33,530 nucleotides of DNA from positions 1 to 33,530 of the IMG/VR virus record IMGVR_UViG_3300025103_000084; one strand, written 5' to 3'. The DNA comes from a virus. Its lineage: Duplodnaviria; Caudoviricetes. The notes beneath the pieces are model-generated. The model had not been told where the DNA came from and ran no database searches. It was given only the letters and a program-made list of their open reading frames with translations. A program made the position numbers and the translations under genes. Positions within the stretch are counted from its first letter, which is position 1, and each line of letters starts with the position of its first letter. Below are positions 26,683 to 33,530 of this stretch, one piece after another.

Positions 26683-26880
26683 ATGATTTTAAGAGTCATA
26701 GATACTACAGATGGTAGATTTCTCGGAAGGATTTTAGATTTGCCAGATGTCGATATGAGTGGCCTTGATATATCTTTAGAGGATGATATTGACTTTGATG
26801 TCACTAACTATAGTGGCTTAGGCAATGGTAAACACAGGTACTCAAATCCTCATTATATTGTAATATGCGAGGAGGTCTAA
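26683..26880 (+). CDS. Small acidic hypothetical protein
   Basis: Tightly packed within the cassette. Confidence 0.6.
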   Translation: MILRVIDTTDGRFLGRILDLPDVDMSGLDISLEDDIDFDVTNYSGLGNGKHRYSNPHYIVICEEV

Positions 26881-28758
26881 ATGGCCGCTACAATTTCAAG
26901 CACAGCTACACGGATAACAATTTCTGGAAACTATAAAGCTTTCGATTCGACAACATGGTCAACTTCTACAGTCATCCAATACTCGACAGGTGATGCTCCT
27001 GCTTCTGGTGATGCAGGTCGCTTTCTTATGTGGAAGAAGGATGCCTCCAATACAGATACATGGGAGATTAGATATATTGAATCTGCTACCGCTACAACTG
27101 TTACAGTTGGCGACGGTGGATTTAGTTCTGCTCCTGCTAGTGGTGAAAACTTTGTCATTAGCACTAACTTAGCAGATATAGAGGCTGCGGAGCCAGTAGC
27201 TTGCACATCTCAAGGAAATCAATATTCATTCAATGGTCGTGATTGGGATCTCACAAGCAATGCCTTCTTAGGTGACGTTGATAAATCTATATATATGAGG
27301 CGAACTGCAACAGGTACAGCGTTTCCTCTCGCAAATAGTTGTGCTGTTCAGTTTGGCAGACTATTAGGCGGGGAGGCAAATGATTCTGTTGAAACTACGC
27401 AAGGTTGTCATATAACTTTTAGCACTAGCCGACCAAATTTACTTATGTACGGTGGATCATCTAGACAGGCTGCTGGGCCAGTGATAAACTATTATGGGTG
27501 TCTTTTAGAAAGTGATAATCCTAGCGGTTATTGGTTCCTAAGAATGACAGGGCCAAATAGAATGATAGGTTGTGTCGCTGACGGAACAATGGGTGGTAGG
27601 TTCTATCACGAAGCAAGCGAATGGGTAGCTTGTCGCCATTCTGGAAATATCAATAATGCAACATCTTGGTCACTTGGAGCTACTTTTACACGGAATATCA
27701 GTGGTCTTGTTTTCTATGATAGTATTGCAGCTTTTAAGAACTTTAACAATTTTAGCGGAATTTTTAGAGATGTTGTTTTTACAGATACCGTTACTGATGT
27801 TGTTTATTCTAATGCAACTAATAGCACCTTTGATTTTATTGACTGCACCACTTTTGATGATGCGCAAATTTTCGACAATGGCAGTGGGATTATCAATCAG
27901 CTGAAATCCATTAACTACACCTTGACAGACTCAGTCGGCACTGGCCTAACGGGGGCTAAGTTGGCTGTATATGATACAGATGGAACATTACAAACAAGTA
28001 TACAGACAAGTACATCAGGCGTGGTTGACGAGGTTCTAGCAGAGTTTTATACATGGGTTAATAATAGTCCAAGCACAGATAAATCTCCTTTCGATATTCG
28101 TATAAGAAAGTACGGCTACCAGTACCAAGGCTTTCAAAGTTCGGTTTCCGAACCAATTAAGCAGGAAATCAGACTTGCAACGAATATTGGTTTAGTATCA
28201 ACTGAAGGACAGGCAGCAGCAATAACAGGGATAAGTTTAAACTTTTCTACTGAAACAGTAACGATCACCTCAAACCACAATGCCCAAAGCTTATACGACT
28301 ACTATCAGTACCAACTTGCTCAGACAGCCAACATGCAGTATGGCGAAGATCTTATTCGTACTGGTGATGCGTTCGATATAGACGATTGGGATATTGTTAT
28401 TGATGGGGCTACCTATACTGGCGATATTACCACAACTGGAACAGCTACATTCCTAAGTAGTGCTATTCTGATCGGATCAATTACAGACTCTGGTGGAACC
28501 ACTACAAGGACTCAGTTAAATCTTACAGGATTGCAGAGTTACTCTGAAGTAAGGATCTACCAAGCAGGAACATCTACAGAAATAGATGGCGTTGAGAACA
28601 GTGGAACTTCTTTCTCCACAACTACAACTGAGTCAAGTATCGACCTAGTTATATTTAACACACAGTATCAACCTGTTAGAACCTTATCAGTTGACACTTC
28701 AGGCGATGTAACATTACCTATTCAACAAATATTCGATAGAAATTACAATAACCCTTAG
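26881..28758 (+). CDS. Large Ser/Thr-rich putative virion appendage or adhesin protein
   Basis: 625 aa, beta-rich, strong SD GGAGG, ends DRNYNNP. Confidence 0.65.
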   Translation: MAATISSTATRITISGNYKAFDSTTWSTSTVIQYSTGDAPASGDAGRFLMWKKDASNTDTWEIRYIESATATTVTVGDGGFSSAPASGENFVISTNLADIEAAEPVACTSQGNQYSFNGRDWDLTSNAFLGDVDKSIYMRRTATGTAFPLANSCAVQFGRLLGGEANDSVETTQGCHITFSTSRPNLLMYGGSSRQAAGPVINYYGCLLESDNPSGYWFLRMTGPNRMIGCVADGTMGGRFYHEASEWVACRHSGNINNATSWSLGATFTRNISGLVFYDSIAAFKNFNNFSGIFRDVVFTDTVTDVVYSNATNSTFDFIDCTTFDDAQIFDNGSGIINQLKSINYTLTDSVGTGLTGAKLAVYDTDGTLQTSIQTSTSGVVDEVLAEFYTWVNNSPSTDKSPFDIRIRKYGYQYQGFQSSVSEPIKQEIRLATNIGLVSTEGQAAAITGISLNFSTETVTITSNHNAQSLYDYYQYQLAQTANMQYGEDLIRTGDAFDIDDWDIVIDGATYTGDITTTGTATFLSSAILIGSITDSGGTTTRTQLNLTGLQSYSEVRIYQAGTSTEIDGVENSGTSFSTTTTESSIDLVIFNTQYQPVRTLSVDTSGDVTLPIQQIFDRNYNNP

Positions 28759-28767
28759 AGGCACAAT

Positions 28768-30123
28768 ATGGCATTAATAATTGATCCAGACGATCTCAAC
28801 CAAGCAACTGAGGTTGTCATCAACACAGGGGCTAAGACTGTACAACTATTAGTGGCTGGTAATCTGTCTACTGACGGAGTAACAGGTCAGGCTTTATACT
28901 CATTCTTGAAAGAAGAATGGAAAGACGACGCAACTAAAATGTCATTCATTTTCCCTATGGAGGCTATCACTCCAGAGCAGTTTGAGTTCTTGGAAGGATG
29001 GGCTCCCGCAGACGCTACTACCAGAGACCTGATCAGAAATGCAGGTTGGGCAGAGCGTAACGCCAGTGGAGACATTATAGGCATGTATGCAGGTATTATC
29101 TCATTAGGTACTCTTGGTGGATCAGATCAGCCCTATTATGATAATGACGGTACGGTGACAGACATGACGTACACAGGCCCAGTAAATGAGGCCATTAAGA
29201 TTCTGGAAGACCCTAATGGTGATGGAAATTACGCTGACGGGTATGATCGAAGATCTACACTAACTTTGTACGCAAGGGAGCAGGCGAAGACATATGCGTT
29301 GTCAGACTTAGCTGCAATTGGTGTTACATCGATGACCTATCAAGCTTATCGCTTTCCATTATCCAACTCTAGCGACCTTAAGGTTACAGAGTCTGATGTT
29401 ACTGTTGACGCGTATGGTGTTACAATTACAGTACACAACACGTCTCAAGCAAGAGTGATTGGAGGAGTTAGCAGGGACTTTGGAGTCATTATTGACGGAA
29501 ACAACAGAACAGCCGAAGAGATATATATGGCAGTTCAGTCTGCTCTTCGTAAATCTACTGACATTGATGCAGATGCTTCTACTCTTATTGGACAATTAAC
29601 TCCAGAATTACTAGAGTTCGTTGGAGATACTCTGAAGACTAAGTTTATCTCTAGTCCAGAGGCAGGAGGTGGAGGTGTCTACATAGACAACTTCCAAGCC
29701 AGCGACACCAATAGGATTACATTCCAAGACAATACAGGCACAGAGAGACAGTTTCCGTTTGTAAGCGCAGGAAGCATTAACTTCAACTCCAATCTACAAT
29801 CTGATTCGACTTCTAAATACTGGATGTATTTTACTACTAATCCGGCAGGAGACTTTGGTTCAGCAAGCGCTGTTCTAGTTGAAGATAATGGAGGTTCTGA
29901 CATCGAAGGGCTTGTCTCAGGTAACTCATTTATTAATTTTGATTTTGATTATGACGGAAATGTACAAGGTGGAAGAACAGCAGCAACAGATGCAGATATT
30001 ACACTAGTAGCCATCGGTACAGATGGGGCACAGTATGTGGTAGCGACAGGCACTATAACAAGAGCAACAGGGCTGTCGTTTACATTGACATCTGCACTGG
30101 AACGTAACTATAGTAACCCGTAA
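28768..30123 (+). CDS. Putative virion appendage protein
   Basis: 451 aa, acidic and Gly/Thr-rich, LYSFLKEEW motif, ends ERNYSNP. Confidence 0.65.
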   Translation: MALIIDPDDLNQATEVVINTGAKTVQLLVAGNLSTDGVTGQALYSFLKEEWKDDATKMSFIFPMEAITPEQFEFLEGWAPADATTRDLIRNAGWAERNASGDIIGMYAGIISLGTLGGSDQPYYDNDGTVTDMTYTGPVNEAIKILEDPNGDGNYADGYDRRSTLTLYAREQAKTYALSDLAAIGVTSMTYQAYRFPLSNSSDLKVTESDVTVDAYGVTITVHNTSQARVIGGVSRDFGVIIDGNNRTAEEIYMAVQSALRKSTDIDADASTLIGQLTPELLEFVGDTLKTKFISSPEAGGGGVYIDNFQASDTNRITFQDNTGTERQFPFVSAGSINFNSNLQSDSTSKYWMYFTTNPAGDFGSASAVLVEDNGGSDIEGLVSGNSFINFDFDYDGNVQGGRTAATDADITLVAIGTDGAQYVVATGTITRATGLSFTLTSALERNYSNP

Positions 30124-30139
30124 TGAAGGAGTCAATAGA

Positions 30140-30580
30140 ATGGCTTATAGTTTTGACTGCAATAATAAGATTATACAGTTAGGTTCAACCGCTCCGCTAG
30201 ATATGATTGACCTATACTCAAGGTGGAAGGATGAGGTGATATCTAGTATATCTGGGTGTAGTCAATTTATGAGGGTTATTAAGGAGCCACTGTCTGGGTC
30301 GTCATTTATTGGCCCATACTACTTTATTATGAATGATTGGCAGATTAGGCCATTTGATTACCCGCATGAGTTGGTGGTATCTGGTACAGTGGTTCAAGAT
30401 ATTACATCCTCTGTAGATCCGTTCAAGCTGGATAATTTAACACAGGTTGTTTCGATAGTTCGTCAAGTAGCCGTAGACGTTCAGGTTGTGGAGACTGGGG
30501 TTAGTGGATTAACTGCTGAAGAGAGTTTTCAGCTATCCAGGGTTAAGTCAAACACTGATATAATACCAGCTCTACTATAA
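30140..30580 (+). CDS. Paralogue of the N-terminal domain of the 451-aa protein
   Basis: DLYSRWKDE...YFIMNDWQIRP. Confidence 0.6.
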   Translation: MAYSFDCNNKIIQLGSTAPLDMIDLYSRWKDEVISSISGCSQFMRVIKEPLSGSSFIGPYYFIMNDWQIRPFDYPHELVVSGTVVQDITSSVDPFKLDNLTQVVSIVRQVAVDVQVVETGVSGLTAEESFQLSRVKSNTDIIPALL

Positions 30581-30600
30581 AATAAATAAAAAATCAAAAG

Positions 30601-30638
30601 AGATTATAGCTGCTATTTAATACTATAGCGGCTTTTTT
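30601..30638 (+). terminator. Terminator and right copy of the cassette-flanking repeat
   Basis: AGCTGCTAT-ttaatact-ATAGCGGCT followed by a T-run. Confidence 0.8.
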
Positions 30639-30730
30639 GTGCTTGAGTTGTTGACAATTTTGTTAAAAAAGTGACAAAACATTTAATTTAATCCTTGCTA
30701 AATTAGTAATAAATTAAACAAGGATATCTG

Positions 30731-30976
30731 ATGAATATTATAGTAGTTTTATTTTTAGCATTTTTATATTTTATACCGTCCATAATTGCACTTTCCAACA
30801 AAAAGGATAATGCGGCGGGTATACTTGCCTTAAATATATTTTTAGGCTGGATGTTTATTCCGTGGGTTATTGCTCTTGTTTGGGCATGTTGTCAGGATAG
30901 GCCGAAAGATATAGTCCAAGTGTTTAATGATAACCACAAAGGGACTTTAGGCTATGTTAGGCAGGGGGATAAATAA
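30731..30976 (+). CDS. Superinfection immunity protein (T4 Imm-like)
   Basis: LYFIPSIIA...NIFLGW..IPWVIALVWA signature. Confidence 0.9.
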   Translation: MNIIVVLFLAFLYFIPSIIALSNKKDNAAGILALNIFLGWMFIPWVIALVWACCQDRPKDIVQVFNDNHKGTLGYVRQGDK

Positions 30977-31026
30977 TGTTAGCTTTGTCTATGATAATTG
31001 GGTAAATACTAGGTATACAAAAGTTT

Positions 31027-31054
31027 AGCTCTCAGAGATGGGGGCTTTTTTTTT
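31027..31054 (+). terminator. Rho-independent terminator after the imm-like gene
   Basis: AGCTCTCA-GAGA-TGGGGGCT followed by a T-run. Confidence 0.75.
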
Positions 31055-31090
31055 GTCTGTAAAAAAGTTGAAGAAATGTTTAAAATGTGC

Positions 31091-31119
31091 TTGATATATA
31101 CCCCATTGGGATATATAGT
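31091..31119 (+). promoter_or_regulatory. Sigma70-type promoter with an overlapping palindromic operator
   Basis: TTGATA-17 nt-TATAGT; imperfect dyad TATATACCCC-ATT-GGGATATATA. Confidence 0.75.
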
Positions 31120-31154
31120 CTTTGTATCGAAACAATAAAACAAAGGAACAAAAA

Positions 31155-31448
31155 ATGACACTCTATCACGCCACCCCAATCGAAAACAAAGAATCCATCG
31201 AAAAACATGGTCTATCATTAATGGTCACTGACAAAATCACTTATTGTGACGACCAAATAACCGATGAGGGTGTATTTGGATTTGTGAATATAGAAGACGC
31301 TCAAGATTTTGGGTCAGATTGTTGTGGCGGGGAATACGCTATATTCAGTTTCGAAACAGAGAGTGCAATCATAGACCCTGTTTATGACGGCGAAGCGTTT
31401 TTTACGACAGATGTAAGTTCTTTGAAATTCGTCGGATGTGACGGTTAA
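31155..31448 (+). CDS. Small ADP-ribosyltransferase-fold-like protein (start moved to ATG 31155)
   Basis: LYHATP..N.ESI..HGL...GVFGF pattern of Tpt1/DarT-like ART folds. Confidence 0.5.
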   Translation: MTLYHATPIENKESIEKHGLSLMVTDKITYCDDQITDEGVFGFVNIEDAQDFGSDCCGGEYAIFSFETESAIIDPVYDGEAFFTTDVSSLKFVGCDG

Positions 31449-31469
31449 TTTACCAAAAGGAGCAAAAAA

Positions 31470-31655
31470 TTGACAATCGACGAAGCGAACGCAGTTATCG
31501 ACAGATATCCACACCACAATGTTAATAAATTATTTAGTCTATATAAAGACCCAAATTTTGATAATTCTTGGTGGGGTGAATCTTGGTTAAATATATGTTA
31601 TGCGCTTGAATTTTTTATAGCGTGGCAAAATGAGCAAAATGAGTTAAAGAAATGA
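31470..31655 (+). CDS. Small hypothetical protein
   Basis: SD AAGGAG, TTG start. Confidence 0.55.
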   Translation: MTIDEANAVIDRYPHHNVNKLFSLYKDPNFDNSWWGESWLNICYALEFFIAWQNEQNELKK

Positions 31656-31828
31656 ATATAATTAAACAATCGCGTCACCGTCTTGGTCTAACACAAGCCG
31701 AACTAGCCCCGCTGTTGGGTGTATCGCTTAGGTCAATACAGAACTATGAGCAAGGGATAAGGACGCCAAGTAAAAGCGTTATAATGCTGTTGGAGATGGA
31801 GTTGAAGAAGAAGGAAGGTGAAGAATGA
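31652..31828 (+). CDS. 58-aa XRE/Cro-family HTH regulator (not in ORF track)
   Basis: RHRLGLTQAELAPLLGVSLRSIQNYEQGIRTP. Confidence 0.9.
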   Translation: MNIIKQSRHRLGLTQAELAPLLGVSLRSIQNYEQGIRTPSKSVIMLLEMELKKKEGEE

Positions 31829-32061
31829 AAGAATATAAGTTGAAGTATTACGCATGGGACGGTGGCTCAATGAATGTCAGACATCCTCCAGGAGATAAAC
31901 TATTTAATACTTATGATGAATGTGTGAAATGGTTAAAGCTTCATGACTTCAAGCCATCTTCTAGTAAATGTGAATGGAGGCCACTGGTTGGGTACATAGA
32001 ATCATATAGAATATCTAAACTATCTAAAGTATATATTGATATAGAGGACGGTGAGGGATGA
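31825..32061 (+). CDS. Hypothetical protein
   Basis: ATGA coupling with the previous gene. Confidence 0.55.
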   Translation: MKEYKLKYYAWDGGSMNVRHPPGDKLFNTYDECVKWLKLHDFKPSSSKCEWRPLVGYIESYRISKLSKVYIDIEDGEG

Positions 32062-32237
32062 GGTATATAACCAAAGCCTTTAAAGAAAACACGGTAATAA
32101 CAAAGACTGAAAACGGCTATAGTTGCGAGTGTAGGTTGATGCTGTGGTCAGTGGACGCACCAACAAAAGAAGAGGCATTGAAAGAGGGAATGTATTATTT
32201 TAAACAGTATTATAAAGACGGTGAATATGATAAATAG
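32058..32237 (+). CDS. 59-aa hypothetical protein (not in ORF track)
   Basis: MRYITKAF...YFKQYYKDGEYDK; ATGA coupling. Confidence 0.55.
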   Translation: MRYITKAFKENTVITKTENGYSCECRLMLWSVDAPTKEEALKEGMYYFKQYYKDGEYDK

Positions 32238-32359
32238 CCCTTGACAAGGGGGATATTAGGGGCAAACCTATTAAGGGGGTTAGGGGGATTAAGGGAACAG
32301 GGGTAAAAGAGGGGGATTACAAGAGCCACAAGGAACAAAGAACAAGGAGAAGAGAGAAG
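32238..32359 (+). other. Purine-rich intergenic region with seven G-tracts
   Basis: CCCTTGACAAGGG dyad, then AGGGGG at 32247, 32274, 32282, 32310. Confidence 0.7.
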
Positions 32360-32641
32360 ATGAATAAGAAAGATACCGAAAAAGTGAAAAGACTTGAGAA
32401 GAGGCTTGAATCTATACGGGGGGAATATGAAGGTCTTGGGAAGGAGATTGTAAATATTAGGTGGGCTAATTGCTTGGATTGCATCCATTTTAGGAGAGAT
32501 AGATATAAATCTACAGAAGCTTCTTGTGCTAATCAAACAGCGAAAATTAATAGATGTGTTTGGAACCCGGAAAATGAAGACCAGCGAGTTATAGGAACCA
32601 AGATATATGACGAAAGCAGTAAGAGAAAGAAAGAAGAATGA
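32360..32641 (+). CDS. Hypothetical Cys-containing protein
   Basis: CLDC...C...C. Confidence 0.55.
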   Translation: MNKKDTEKVKRLEKRLESIRGEYEGLGKEIVNIRWANCLDCIHFRRDRYKSTEASCANQTAKINRCVWNPENEDQRVIGTKIYDESSKRKKEE

Positions 32642-33399
32642 GCTATATACATGACGACTCAGATATACTGAATAATATCTCCGTTGATTTTGATTATGGG
32701 GATTTAGATATAACACCAAATGATCATTATATAAATGCAGCAAAGCATTTTATAAGCAAGATGGACGAGATTATTTATCTGTTACTGAAGAAGGAGCAGG
32801 ACGGGCGCGGCCAGGTAAAGACGGCTGTTTGGGCTTTGGCTTTGGCTTTAGGGTCGAAACATTTAGAGGGAAAGTCAATGACTGAGATTGCAGAGCATTT
32901 AGGGGTAACAAGGGCCGGAGTATCTAAGCAAGCAGTACAGTTTTGTAAAGCTCTTAATTTGCCAGCATCCCCTTACATGTCACCAGCGCATAAAAGATAT
33001 GGCAAAGAGACTGAGTTACAAAAGGCCACAAGGCTGGTTGAGTCCGCAAGGGATAAGGCCGATGGATTATGTGTTATAGATATCACTAAAAAATTAATAG
33101 AACATAATATAGATAAGTTTAAGGATGTCGATAGTAACCCCGTTGAATGTTGGGGTAAGATTGTAAGGTTAGGCAGGCACGGCAAAGGTAAAGTTATATC
33201 TTCTGTATTCATCAAGAATCAATATATCGAGAAGATGTTTCAAGGGGCAGAGACTAAGAAGGATATAGTTAAAGCTTGGATTGCTTCAGGTGCTTTGGTA
33301 ATGAGTGGCAAAGAAGGACCAATAGTTAATTGTTCAGTAATAAAAAAGATTCAAGGGAGTGTATACCGGGGGTATCTTGTCAGCTATAAAAGCAGGTAA
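32638..33399 (+). CDS. HTH DNA-binding protein, candidate late regulator
   Basis: SMTEIAEHLGVTRAGVSKQ HTH; last gene before the packaging region. Confidence 0.65.
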   Translation: MSYIHDDSDILNNISVDFDYGDLDITPNDHYINAAKHFISKMDEIIYLLLKKEQDGRGQVKTAVWALALALGSKHLEGKSMTEIAEHLGVTRAGVSKQAVQFCKALNLPASPYMSPAHKRYGKETELQKATRLVESARDKADGLCVIDITKKLIEHNIDKFKDVDSNPVECWGKIVRLGRHGKGKVISSVFIKNQYIEKMFQGAETKKDIVKAWIASGALVMSGKEGPIVNCSVIKKIQGSVYRGYLVSYKSR

Positions 33400-33530
33400 C
33401 AAAAATGAGGAAAATAATGAATAAAATGTTACCTTTTGTGATTATTGGACTTGACTTTGATTAATCCGGGGCCACCCCCCCCCTCTAAGGAATCTCTTTG
33501 GAAAATCGAGGCCTAGCGGGTACTCTCTCT

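Noticed and set aside
25814-30631. Cassette as an IS, transposon, integron cassette or dif-module
   Set aside because: No transposase or recombinase, repeats are direct and terminator-like, and I see no resemblance to dif or attC consensus
2893-33215. Many antisense or alternate-frame ORFs in the track (e.g. 13984-14505, 19092-19496, 22433-22675, 32210-32743)
   Set aside because: They shadow well-supported genes, lack RBS or motifs, and reflect codon bias or repeats on the coding strand
1-33530. Alternative genetic code or stop-codon reassignment
   Set aside because: Core genes are full length and tightly packed under the standard code, using all three stop codons

Overview
The window looks like a complete or near-complete 33.5 kb tailed-phage genome (siphovirus-like), opened at or near the packaging site. 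The same 9 nt, ACTCTCTCT, occur at both ends. The left arm (143-16475, +) carries a lambda-like packaging and head block (TerS, GpA-type TerL, gpW-position gene, portal, S49 protease, scaffold, HK97-fold capsid), a small non-contractile tail, a tail fibre, and a lysis-position trio with no recognisable endolysin. A leftward operon (16414-19534, -) encodes RHH, ERF, YqaJ exonuclease, SSB-like, PD-(D/E)XK nuclease and CII/CP76-like proteins. It diverges from the rightward early and replication arm (YopX, ASCH, initiator with iterons, N6-adenine MTase, DnaB). The most notable elements are: (1) a 4.8 kb six-gene structural-looking cassette in the early arm, bracketed by a 31-bp direct repeat, whose proteins share a paralogous domain and a C-terminal RNYxNP motif; (2) a C4/CI-like three-way-junction RNA with two downstream complementary targets just upstream of the initiator; (3) a recurrent AGTTGACAAT late-gene motif lacking a canonical -10; (4) several single genes flanked by microhomology repeats; (5) an ART-fold/XRE mini-operon beside a T4 Imm-like gene. 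No integrase, reverse transcriptase, CRISPR array or tRNA was seen. All family calls come from motif recognition by eye, not database searches.
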